From: the human T2T-CHM13v2.0 reference genome, Homo sapiens
Length of the DNA: 64,000 bases
NCBI RefSeq assembly: GCF_009914755.1
Contig: NC_060931.1
Reading direction: 5' to 3' (one strand)
This document shows positions 34,607-49,392 of this stretch, piece by piece. Within the stretch, counting starts at the first letter, position 1; each line of letters begins with the position of its first letter. A model generated the notes under the pieces. It saw only the letters and a list, made by a program, of their open reading frames with translations. It was not told the DNA's origin and did no database searches. The position numbers and the translations under genes were made by a program.

Positions 34607-36965
34607 TTACAATGCCACAACCAAGGGGAGTCTTTTCAAAGACAATAACTTACCAACTAAGAGGTCAAGGAAGAAAAACCACATGACAATCTCTGTAAGA
34701 TGCTGAAATTGAATGTAACAGAATCCTACATTCACTTCTAAAAAAATTTTTTTAAGTCAAAGTAAATGACTAGTTCCTTAACATAACTAAAGAAATGGTA
34801 TCTAAAGCAAAAAGGCACCATCACATTTAATGAAGAAACATTAAGTATTCCCATTTATGTCTGTGGCCATTCGTGCTCTTCTCTATCAACACTATTAAAA
34901 TGTTTGAGGAAGTACCGTAATATAATTAGACACGTGAAAGAAGCATAAAAATTGGAAAGACAGATCAGATGCACGTTTTCAAGAAATTAAGAGTCAACTG
35001 AAAAATCACTACAGATAATAATGGTAAGGTGATTGAGTATAAAATTAATGTAAAAAGCAACAAGGGCAGGGCACGGTGGCTCACGCCTGTAATCTCAGCA
35101 CTTTGGGAGGCTGAGGTGGGTGGATAACTTGAGGTCAAGAGTTAGAGACCAGCCTGACCAACATGGTGAAACCCCATCTCTACTAAAAACACAAAAATCA
35201 GCCGGGTGTGGTGGCACACACCTGTAATCCCAGCTACTCTCGGGAGGCTGAGGCAGGATAATTGCTTAAACTCGGGATGTTGCAGTGAGCCGAGATCAGG
35301 CCACTGCACTCCAGCCTGGGTGATAGATTGAGACTGTCTTAAAAAAAAAAAAAAAAAAAAGAGCAACGAGAACACTTACTCTCCATTTTGGAATGAAGCA
35401 TTGCCTGATGCTAGACTCACAATAAAGACAGTTGAGATCCTTACACTAAATTTGTTGTAATTTTGTCCTTTGACAGGTCTGGCAACCCAAAGGGACAGAG
35501 ACTGTTGATATCTTGAGGTAACTCAAGGAACACAGGAAAAATGGCTAACTCCCTTTTTTGGGAAGTAACGTTTTCCTCATGGAGCTGCAAGTGTCGGAAG
35601 TCCTTCTCAGGTCTGAGCTCTGCTGTCTTTTTAGCACCTGGTCTCTTTGACTTTGAGGGTACCAAGGTTAGGCTGCACTGTGAGAGAGCATTTGACTTTG
35701 CAGTACCTAGGGTTAATCTGGGCTATGGCAGGGCACAGGACTTTTGGGAATGTGGGGGCTCACAAATCACTGGCAATAACTGTATTTTTTGCTCCCTCTT
35801 TGCAGAGGTCTTTACGGCTTGAGTCAAGCCCCCAAGATTATGGCCAGACAGAAATGTGGGTGCAACTCCATTTGCTGCTAGCATACAGGGGTGCAGTTTT
35901 AAAGCTAACTGATACCAGCTGTGTTGAGTGCAGGGAGGGTATAAACTCAGGCTTTTGGAATCTGTGGGTATGTGGATTCCTTTTCTTGCAGGCTTAGGTG
36001 AGGGAGGCCTCAGGTGTCTTGACTGAGTCAGATGGAAACTGCAAAGTGATTGGCTAGGTAGAACATCTTGGAGCCAACGTCATCCCGGTCCTGAGATATA
36101 CAAGGTCCAACATAAAAACAGCATCCCTAATTTCTAAAAATTGGAGTACTCTGCCTTCTGGTAGTCTTGCCTTTTCATGTATAAAACTTCTGGCTCCAGA
36201 AGCTACAAATAGTTACACAAGTGGCAAAACTTTACCAAAAATAATTCAGAATTATGATGACCATGATGTGGAATGTTCCAGATGAAAAAGAGTGTTCATC
36301 CAAGAAATTCACTTGAATCCTAAGACTCCAAATTACACGGAGAGAACGAGATTCTTACTGGCATTCAGAAGCCTCAAAGAGACAACAGAATTCTAAAATA
36401 GCTTTTTTGAAAGATTAACTGCAAAAAGCTAATGAAAAACTAGAAACGCAAGATTACCTCCCACACCAAAGACAGATAAACTAATGTAACTCCTACTGCT
36501 CCCATTTTACCTGAATACTGCATCTACTCCTGAATATTCACAGTCTACTAACTCTGAGTTGCCTTTCTTCTCTGAAAAGAACAGTTCAACTGTTTCCTTA
36601 TAAAACAGAACAACCTGAAAATGTAGCATGAAATTCCTGACTTACATGCTACGGATAAAAACAGGTCATAGTTTAAAAATGTCCTAAACCTGGGGAAGAC
36701 TTTCAGACATTTTTTAAAGAATTCAGAGTCTTAATTATAACTTATGATCCTAGGATACCTGACTTATTACCAGCTAACACATGGTGGGACCAGGGGAAGG
36801 AGAGGGAGTAAAAACGGATAAAAGCAGCAGAAGCAGAATATTATTTTCCTGAGGATGATATTCAGGACCTGACAAGTACTATCCAGTCTACTTATGGGCC
36901 AGGCAAAGCCTGAAATATCAGACGTGACCCTTAGAAAGCCATTTCCAAAATGTTTCAGCTCTACG

Positions 36966-37762
36966 GTGTTATCTGAAAGCAAAATAGATGCCCCTTTATA
37001 AACTAAGACAGATCCTAAGGTTTTGTCTGTTTTTTAAAAATTAGAGACAAAGGTCATGCACGGTGGCACACACCTGTAATCCTAGCTACTCTGGAGGCTG
37101 AGGCACAAGAATCACTAAACCTGGGACGTGCATGTTGCAGTGAGTCAAGATTGCACCACTGCATCCTGGCCTGGGCAACAGGAGACTCCATCTCAAAAAA
37201 AAAAAAAAAAAAAAAAAAAAGGGAAAAAAAAAGAAAAAATAAATAATAACTAGATACAAGGTCCCAGGCTGAAGTATAGTGGCACAATCATAGCTCACTA
37301 CAGCCTTGAATTCCTGAGCTCAAGTGATCCTCCTGCTAGGCCTCTCAAAGGACTGAGATTACAGGTTTTGAGCCACTGTGTCTGCCCTGACCCTTAAGGT
37401 TAAGGAAACAAAAATCACCTATGAGGTCAGGGTTCAGGGTGACTGGTATAGCAACTCCCTAAATTCCTATGCTCCAAGAAAAATCAAACTGTTGCTAAGC
37501 TCCATACCAATAGGGGGTATCAGGCAAATATCAGACCCCTCCCTAACTCTGATTTACAACCCAGAAACCCACTACAACTCTTAACACAGACAGAGGACTG
37601 GCCTTACAAACATCGTTTTCTGATGAACTACTACATATAGATCTTAAACCAGTTTCTGCCAGCTTATAGAGGCTGCACACAAACTGTCTTTGTGCCCTAC
37701 AGTTCACCTTTTGAAGGAAAAAGCCAAATTCCACCTCATTTTAATGCTGAAACTCTACCCCA
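36966..37762 (+). mobile_element. MER39-like LTR fragment nested in the ERV copy and split by Alu fragments
   Basis: Resembles recalled MER39 consensus (ttaaggaaacaaaa...gccagcttatagaggctg...ccacctcattttaatgct). The motif taaggtt flanks the Alu insertions (~37017 and ~37395). Confidence 0.55.
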
Positions 37763-37984
37763 GGGAAGCTCTGGTTAGTCTTTGGCAGTCCTGAAGTCAG
37801 TAACTCATTAAGAAACAAGCTAAATTCCAAGTAGCTGGGATTATAGGTGCTCACCACCATGCCCAGCTAATTTTTGTATTTTTAGTAGAGACGGGGTTTC
37901 ACCATCTTGGCCAGACTGGTCTTGAACTCTTGGCCTTGGCCTCCCAAAGTGCTGGGATTATAGGCGTGAGCCACGGTGTCCAGT

Positions 37985-38051
37985 TTCTTTATGATTTTCT
38001 TAACCTTTCCTCAGCTTACTTTATTATAAGAATGCAGTATATTTTTTATAT

Positions 38052-38100
<49 letters not shown>

Positions 38101-38312
38101 ATATACTAACTAAAGCATGTTAACCATGTTATTGGTCAACAGTATGCTATTAGTAGTTAAGTAGTTATTAAGTAGTACTAAGTAGTTAAGGCTTTGGTCA
38201 ACAGTATGCTATTAGTACTTAAGTTTTTGGGGAGTCAAAAGTTATATGCAGATTTTAAACTGCACAGGGGTTGGCACCCCTAACCACCATGTTGTTCAAG
38301 TGTAAACTGTAT
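37985..38312 (+). mobile_element. Tigger2a-like 3' fragment inside the ERV copy, containing a (CA)n repeat
   Basis: Homologous to the 3' part of 9659-10076; ends gttgttcaagtgtaaactgta. Confidence 0.65.
38054..38098 (+). repeat. (CA)n microsatellite
   Basis: Directly visible. Confidence 0.95.
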
Positions 38313-41264
38313 TTGAAAACTGGCAAATAAAGAATTTTAACGAAGGCTATAAGATCTGCTTCTCTGTGTCTCCGTGTCTATATATGCGTTATGTGTGTGT
38401 GGTATTTCTCTACCAAAATATATGAGAGAACTCTGATAATCGGTTTAAGGAAAAAGGAAGCACTTCAATCTTTTATCAGAAAAACAGGACCTAACTCCAA
38501 TGCCTTTTAGTTCACGTGACTTAGGTATTTTTGGTAAGTAAGACCATTTGGAAAACAGCTGTGTTCTGATCAGCAAAAATGCCCATGTATTTTTTTTTTT
38601 TTTTTTTGAGACAGGGTCTCCCTCTGTCATACAGGCTAGAGTGCAGTGGCGTGATCTTGGCTCACTGCAACCTCCATCTCCTGGGTTTAAGCGATTCTAC
38701 TGCCTCAGCCTCCTGAGTAGCTGGAATTACAGGCACGTGCCACCATGCCTGGTTAATTTTTGTATTTTTAGTAGAGACGAGGTTTCACCATGTTGGCCAG
38801 GCTGGTCTCGAACTCCTGACCTCAAGTAATCCACTCGCCTCGGCCTCCCAAAGTGCTGGGATTACAGGCGTGAGCCACCACGTCGGGCCTATATGGATGT
38901 TTTTTATATTCCAAGATTAGATAAAGTTCCTAGAAATCTGATATGTCTTGGTATAAATGCTATCAGTCATAATTTTGGTTCAGAAATAACTAAATTTCCT
39001 TGTCAACTGTGTCATTATAATGAACTCTCATCAGGTTTTTAACCACAGCCATTTTAAGTCTTGCTGTCCACAGTTATTTTGTTCTGACACTTTCTGAAAG
39101 CTCTTTGCAAGCAATTATAATCCTAAAGTGCTGTGTGTTCAAAGATGTATATGCGAAAAATGAAACGAACTCTGACAAATACAAGTTTGAGTTCGTACTA
39201 TCGGACTAAATATCCAAAATTCTAATGAAGAAACTAATGGATTTGTGTAACTGCTAACCAAGATCAAACAGCAAAAATTAATTACATGAGACTGAATTGA
39301 TAAAAGAAGAATCATGGGTTTTTATGGCTTCTTTATTTGAAACACTGCTGGTTCTTTTAATGTTTTGTTTTCCAGATTTAAGGAAACTTTTTTCTTTTAA
39401 GGTTATTATAGCTTATAGCAATTTGGTATACTTTTATAATAAAAATAAAAATATTTGCTTTTCCTCCCAACAGGATCCCTCCAGAATTTGCAAACTATTC
39501 ATGAGTATTCTTATTTTTATGGCAATATCATTATTTGCATATCTGTCCTTTTAATAAAAGGACACAACTGGAAACTGGTTATGTTACCAAGGCTTTGACT
39601 GGAATGCCATATTTCAAAATGTGCAAACAATGCCTGGCTTTAAGCATTCCCTGTCTTACAGTGAGTAAATCTGTCTCTTCCTGGCAGGCTCAGGAACCTC
39701 CAGATGCTGGATACAGCACACAAAGACTAATGTCTGCCCTGGTTTGGTTTCCTAGCAGAGACATTTTTTAAAGACCAATTTGAGATTCCTCATCAAAATT
39801 TCCAGCAAAGCAAATTTAAATATGTGCTTTCAAATATGTGGTTAGTCAGGCAAACTGGTCTTACTGTGATTATCTTTGGTAGAAATGGGAGTGACTTAGA
39901 GAGGAAAATTACATTTCAAAAGAAAACTCCAGTATGCCTGTTATTTAGATTGCAGCACTGTTCATTGAGTTTTTATTATCTACCTGTTAGATAGCAGGAA
40001 CCTGCTTAGTTCCTGAAGCCCTATAAGCTGAAGCTGGACAAATCTATGCAAATCGCAAGGAATAAGTCTCATGCCTAATGCATGGGCCACACAGAGTTCA
40101 CTAGGATGGCCAATGCCACAACCAGAGACATTCACAACAGCAAACCACATTGGAGCAAGACTCCCCCTCATAAATGTGAGACTCTTACTCTCCTTAATCT
40201 TTCCTTACTTATGCCTCTCACGTGGCAGGACAACGTTGCAGTGAAAATTTCACCATCAGTAGTAGCCTCTGCAGATAACCTGCACTCCCCGCTTTAATTT
40301 AACCCAGTCATGGGATGCGAGATTACCTACTAACTCAACAGAGAAGATTCTGTGCAGTTGATGGCGCTTCTTGCTGCACACAGATAAAACACAGCAAGTA
40401 TTGCAGAGCAGACTACTTGGTTAAAACAAGGTAGACTCCTTGTCTAGCTATTTGGTTTTAGTTGGGGCCCTAGCCGAGGAGCAGCCTCCACCCAAACTCT
40501 GGGTATTACCCTCCTTAGAGTCCTAACGGCAGTCTCCTTGGTGTGCTGTGCACCCTCAGAAAGTTTTAAATGTTTCCATACAGCTACCTGTCAAATGCCA
40601 AATGGTCTTTCTCCAGCTGGAACAACAACAACAAAAAAAAGTGTGATAATGAGGACACCAGAACCTATAAAGTATATGCTGGGACCAGAAACCCAAAATG
40701 ATGGTAACTGAGAGTGGCACTGATGCCCGAAGGTTTGGTCAGGTCCTGGGTGAAAGCCTAACAAAAAGGGAGGAATTGTTAAATAAAAATTATAGGAGGC
40801 CACTGTTTTGGACTAAGTGTGTGCACTAGACCCCAAAAGACCAGACTAAAACTCAAAACGGAAGCATCCATGTAAGTTTCATACTACCAAACCTAAACCT
40901 GGGAAGTTCATTTGATCTTCCTAGAAATTGAAAGAAAGAGTGAACAACCAGTTTCTTAAACAGGGCAGTTTAAATCTTCATTGGGAATCATAATGAATTT
41001 CCCTCTGCTTTAATTCTTACACAGGAAAGGTGGCCTGAAGCAGCCTGATGTTAACTCATCAGTTATTTTTCTCTTTTCTGTCTCCCTGTCCCAGCCTGAC
41101 AAGAAAAGTAACTTTGAAAGGACTTTGCTTCTGCTCTCTTCAGCCCTTCTTTGTCTATAAAGCCAACCACTTCTCCTCAGCTCAGTGGAACACCTACTGA
41201 ATTTTATGGAAGGAAGTGTTCCTTGGTCCTAGAACCACAATAAAGCCAACTGGGATCTTTAAAC

Positions 41265-41295
<31 letters not shown>

Positions 41296-41403
41296 CAGAT
41301 TTGTAGTTTAAAAAAAACAGTTTAAAAAGTACAATGAAAGGGCCAGGCATAGTGGCTCACGCCTATAATCTCAGCACTTTGGGAGGCTGAGGGGGGCGGA
41401 TCA

Positions 41404-41663
<260 letters not shown>

Positions 41664-42268
41664 TCACAAAAGCAACAGAAAATATAAAATAACCAAGAAA
41701 AACAAAAAATGCTTAAGATCTATATTAAGAAAAATTCAAAATGCTTTCTGGCTGAGGAATATTAAAGTAGCCTTGACTATATGAAAAGACAAAATTTGTT
41801 CTTGGTTAGAAAGAGTAGTATCATAAAAATTGCTCTATAAATATAACAGGAAGATTTGTTTTGGATTACGCAAACTGATTATATATATATCTTTATATTT
41901 TGGAACTAAAGAAGTTGATTGTAAAATCCATATAAAAATTTAAGTGCAAGAATATCCAGGATGATTCTGAAAAAATGTGGGATAATATGGAAAATATAAG
42001 GCCAATCCAACAGTAAGATACACTATAATGTTGTAGCAATGACAACAGTGGAATTTGGTGCGTTAATAGTCAGATGGAACAATGGTGCAGATATTCAATC
42101 CAGAAACAGACTGAAACATACAGCTTCTAAATCTAAGAGTACACGAGGTAGAATGGAAAAGGGGCTGTTCTCAGAACGAGTACAAGAGGTGCTGTTCTAC
42201 AACAAGGCCCACAAGAGTGGCTGAAAAATCAGATCACCAACTTGCAATAATGTCTCATTGTAAGTTTA

Positions 42269-42454
<186 letters not shown>

Positions 42455-43323
42455 CTATCACATCCAACTCTTTAAGTTTTTCCTGACAGGGGTACAGCCT
42501 AAAGCCAACTTCATGGCTACTAGTGTAACGTACCTCCTCAAGCAGCCCGTGCACTTAAGCATTAAGAGCCATGTTTCTATGCTGACTTTTGCCAATAACA
42601 CATTTTGGGAACTGCTAGAGAACATCTAACAATTACTATGCTCAAGATTATCAACTTTTTCTCATACTAGGTTGGAGAAATCTGTTTACAAAATTTTCTT
42701 GACTGCCAATTTCTTTAAAGTGAAATAATGGTCTCCCAATCCATCTCTATTCCTCCTGGGAATAAATGTCTATTTTATTTAAATTGTTTGGTCTGAAAAA
42801 ATTATCATTCAAAAAATAGTAAAATTTTAATTGTTTAAAATATTGAAATTTGCTCATCTTAAACACAAACTTTAAGAATCATTTAAGCAAACCTATGTCA
42901 ATGCTTTAGTCAAGCACCCATTTAGCATCTATGACAGTCAGCAATTTAACTTTCCAAGTTTCCTTTAAAATATATATAATCTAACCATCTAAATGTAGTA
43001 ATTCTATTCAAGGTTTTTACTTCCTTTTATCAATTTGAAAACAGGCCATGTTTGATATGAATTACTGGGTAACACAAACTGGTATTTTTTCCTGTCTAGT
43101 TCCATGGGAATATCAAAGGTTAAGAGGGACAATTTTAAAAAAAAGCATTGGCCGGGAGCAGTGGCTCACGCCTGTAATCCCAGCACTTTGGGAGGCCGAG
43201 GTGGGTGGATCATGAGGTCAGGAGTTTGAGACCAGCCAGACGAACACGGTGAAACACCGTCTCTACTAAAAATACAAAAATTAGCCATGCGTGGTGGCGC
43301 ATGCCTGTAATCCCAGCTATTCA

Positions 43324-43434
<111 letters not shown>

Positions 43435-43553
43435 TTAAAAAAAATGCATTAAGTGACCTAAAAGAAGAGAAGAAGAAAGAAACGAAATGACGCACCTCAT
43501 CACTGCAATTTTTGAAATTCTTCCATTAAAGCTGTAATGTTTTTCTTTTGTGT

Positions 43554-43555
<2 letters not shown>

Positions 43556-43594
<39 letters not shown>
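43556..43594 (+). repeat. (TG)n microsatellite
   Basis: Directly visible. Confidence 0.95.
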
Positions 43595-43596
<2 letters not shown>

Positions 43597-44239
43597 ATTT
43601 GTCTGGGACAGGGTCTTGCTCTATTGCCCAGACTGCAGTACAATGGTGCGATCATAGCTCACTGCAGCTTCAACCTCCTAGGCTCAAGCAATCCTCCCAT
43701 GTCAGCTTCCCAAGTAGCTAGGACAACAGGTGCACACTACTTTGAACAGTTACTTAAAAAAAAAATTTTTTTTTGTAGAGATGGAGTCTCACTATGTTCC
43801 TATGCTGGCCTTGAACTCCTGGCCTCAAGTGCTCCTCCCACCTTGGCCTCCCAAGAAGTCACTGGGATGACAGGCATGAGCCACCATGCCTGACTTAATT
43901 GTGGATTTTTAAGGATGAGGAGTTGCCAAGCTCCTCACTTAGCCATTTCAGAAGACACACGCTATGGGGGATCATTCTGAAGAGATACTGAGCAAAGAAA
44001 AGCTCTAGCCATTGGTACACGAGGCACAGGAGTCAAGAGAGAAAATGTACACCACTGAAAATGGCCATAGTGAATAAGACCCCTGCACCCGCAGGAAACT
44101 GTAGATTCCTCTCTTGAAGAACTGACCCAAGAAAAAGACACACAATCTTGGTGTACCCAATGAAAAAGTTGGTTTAGGCTGGGCACGGTGGCTCACGCCT
44201 GTAATCCCAGAACTTTGGGAGGCCTAGACAGGCAGATCA

Positions 44240-44461
<222 letters not shown>

Positions 44462-44477
44462 CTAAAAAAAAAAAAGG

Positions 44478-44693
44478 AAACAAGGGAGGGAGGGAGGGAA
44501 CTGAAGGAAAGGAAGGAAAGGAGAAGAGAGGAGGAAAGGAAGGAAAGGAAGGAAAGGAAAGAGGGAGGGAGGAAGGAAAGAAGGGAGAAAGGAAGGAAAG
44601 AGAGGAAAGGAAGAAGGAAGGAAGGAAGGGAGGGAAGGAAGAAAGGAAGGAAGGGAGGGAAGGATGAAAGGAAGGAAGGAAGGAAGGAAGGAA
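44478..44693 (+). repeat. ~215 bp near-pure polypurine (GGAA/GGGA-type) tract extending an Alu tail
   Basis: Directly visible; gives the K/R/E/G and P/S/F/L pseudo-ORFs. Confidence 0.95.
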
Positions 44694-45405
44694 CCTATCA
44701 CCTTATAATAAAGTCCAGTGTTTGACAAGATACCACACAACACACCACATGTAAGGTTCCAATTAGCTTTTCAAAGTATACTTAAAAAAAAATTGAAAGA
44801 ATAACACAGCATGGTCTATAAATCAAGTGTACAAGCTCTATGAATTAATACAAAGGGCCATCTGTGTATAATCACCACCACAAGGTCAGGAAATATTTCT
44901 AGCACATTAGTAGCCCCCTTGTGCTTTCTCCCAATTTCTGCTCTCCTTCGTCCTCAAAGGGAGGATTTCTAATTGCGCAGATAAGTTTTGCATGTTTTTG
45001 AGTATATATTCTTCTCTTTCTTGCAAATAATGTTTGAGATACATCCATACTGCATGCTGTTATAATTCTTTGTTGTATATAATCCACTATATGAATATAA
45101 CATAAAATTATTCCTTCTTCTGTTGATAGACATTTGAGTATGTGGCAGTTTAGGCTACTGTGGATAGTGCTATTGTGAACATTCTTGTGCAAGTCTTTGG
45201 TGTACTCATTTTAGCTGGATACATTCTAGGAGTGGAAATGCTGAGTCATGGGGTAAGCATATGCTCCATTTTGGCAGATAACACTAAACAAATTTTCCAA
45301 ATTGTACCAATTTACACTCCCATCTGCAGTGTAGGATAGTACGTTGCTTCACGTCCTTATGGGAACACAATCATGCTCATTCATTTATATACTGTCTATA
45401 GATTC

Positions 45406-45771
45406 TGATATGGTTTGGCTGTGTCCCCACCAAAAATCTCATCTTGAATTGTAATCCCATAATCCCCACAAGTCACGAGCGGGACAGGTGGAGGTAATCG
45501 GATCATGGGGGCAGTTTCCCCCATTCTGCTCTCGTGATAGTGAGTCTTGAGGTGTCCGATGGTTTTATATGCACTGGCATTTCCCCTGCTTGCACTCACT
45601 CCATCCTGCCTCCTGAGAAGGTGCCTGCTTCTCCTTTGCCTTTCGCCATGACAGTAATTTTCCTGAGGCCTTCCCAGCAATGTGGAACTGTGAGTCAATT
45701 AAACCTCTTTCCGTCATAAATTACCCAGTCTCAGGCATTTCTTCCTAGCAGTGTGAAAGCAGACTAATACA
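45406..45771 (+). mobile_element. THE1 (C-like) solo LTR inserted in a MER58-like element
   Basis: tgatatggtttggctgtgtcccc...gactaataca termini, ~365 bp. Confidence 0.85.
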
Positions 45772-46247
45772 GTTGCTTTCATGCTACAATGGTATAGCTG
45801 AATAGTTGCAACAGAAACCATATGGCCCGCGAGGCTAAAATATTAACTACTTAGCTCTTCAAATTTGCTGAGCCCTAGTTATCTTGGTTCCCTGCAACCT
45901 CCACCTCCTGGGTTCAAGCGATTCTCAGGCCTCAGCCTCCTGAGTAGCTGGGATTACAGGCTTCCAACACCATGCCCGGCTAATTTTTGTATTTTTAGTA
46001 GAGATGGGGTTTCCCCACGTTGGCTAGGCTGGGTTTGTTTTTGTTTTGTTTTTTGTTTTTGCGACAGGGTCGCTCTCTGTTGCCCAGGCTAGAGTACAAT
46101 AGCATGAACACAAGTTCTCTGCAGCCTTGACCTACTACTGGGTTCAAGTGACCCTCCCATCTTGGTATCCCAAGTACCTGGGACCTGGTAAACCCAAGAC
46201 CACCATACCCAGCTAAATTTTTTATATTTAATTTTTTGCAGACATGA

Positions 46248-46376
<129 letters not shown>

Positions 46377-47865
46377 TAATGTATTTTAGGCCATAAGTTT
46401 TCCTCAAAACATGGCATTACATGTATCTCATAAATGTAATAGGCTACATTTTCATTATCATGTAATTCAAAATATCTTCTAATTTTCATTGTGATTTCTT
46501 CTCACACTGGGTGCAGAATCCCACCTATGTTTATTACATTTGTTGACCATGTTCTTCCAATCTTCTATATTCATACAAGTGTGTGTATGTGCTTGTTCTT
46601 TCAGTTACTGAAACAAGTCTTAAAAATCCCCACTATAATGGTGGATTTGTCCAATTCTGTTTTTAGATCTGCCAATTTTTGCTTTGTATATTTTCCTATC
46701 ATGTTACTAAGTATACAGGGATTAGCTTATCTTCTCAGTGCACTGAATCTTTTATCATTATGAACTCTATCAATGCTTCTGGCTGGAGTTTCTATCAGTT
46801 GTATTTGATATTACACAGATATATCAGCTCTTTTTGTGTGTGTGTGTGTGGCTATTTGCATGATGTACCTTTTTTCCTTCCTGACAAAATTTTTTTAAAT
46901 CTTTATTTTACCTTCATTTTTAAGCCTATTTTCACTAGGTACAGAATCGTAGATGAGTAGGTAAAAACACTATTTAGCAATTAAAAAGGAATGAGTTACT
47001 GATATATGCAACAACAGGGATGAATCTCAAAAACATTACCTTTCACAAAAGAATTCCAGTACAAAGAATATATACAGTATGTATAATTCCATTTATATGA
47101 AATGACAGAGTCAAAAAAAGCAGATTAGTGGTTTCCTTAGGCCTGGAGTGAGGTAAGGACTAACTGCAAAGAGGCACAAGGGAATCTTTTTGGAGTGATA
47201 GAAAATGTTCCATATCATAATTCAGGTGTTATATTCATTTTATACACTTTTAACAAAACTACAGAGGTTGACGCATAATAAAAAATTATTAATGTTGGCC
47301 AGGAGCAGTGGCTCACACCTGTAATCCTAGCACTTCGTGAGGCAGAGGCAATTGGATCACTTGAGCCCAGCAGTTCAAGACCAGCCTTGCCAGGCAACAT
47401 AGTGAGACCCTCTCTTGATTAAAGAAAAAAAAATTAATGCAGCTAATAAAAACAAAACTCTATATACCTGAAAAAAGTTCTCATGATGGGTGCAGAGTAT
47501 ACATACTCGTCTAACAAAATATATCTCCAAAGTCAGTAATTTTCCAAAATGAATTAGTTGTTCTTAAAGAAACTGTTCAAGTATATTTAAGATCCAATTA
47601 AAAAACAACTATAAAATTAATTGGATATACATGTACAGAAAATTTTGAAATGATCGTAAATACAAGTTATAACTAAGATTTAAAATTGCCTGAATCCAAT
47701 AAATTATGGCTACAATCACTACCAAGTTAGAATACATTATTAATAAAATCCTAAAAATGAGTCCTCCTTTTGCACTCATAATGTGCATAGCTTGAGCAAT
47801 TTTATTACTCTTGATTTGACCTAATAAAATTTGCTCAATTTTAAATGCTCTGAAAGCCAAATACA

Positions 47866-49392
<1,527 letters not shown>

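Larger units (their letters stand above)
35370..41291 (+). mobile_element. Processed copy of a MER4-group ERV1-like element (R-U5-internal-U3-R-polyA); family tentative (MER67/MER31-int-like)
   Basis: 5' R-U5 ends tgaca at 35475, followed by PBS-like tggcaacc. Decayed gag-like frame at ~36177-36310. Env TM remnant DYLLTQQRRFCAVDGASCC (CX6CC) at 40321-40377. PPT 40763-40775, LTR TG at 40777, AATAAA 41239, A26 tail at 41266-41291. Confidence 0.8.

Noticed and set aside
35441-35997. ORFs resembling a pseudogene fragment
   Set aside because: They fall in the ERV leader just after the PBS-like site; no recognisable protein.
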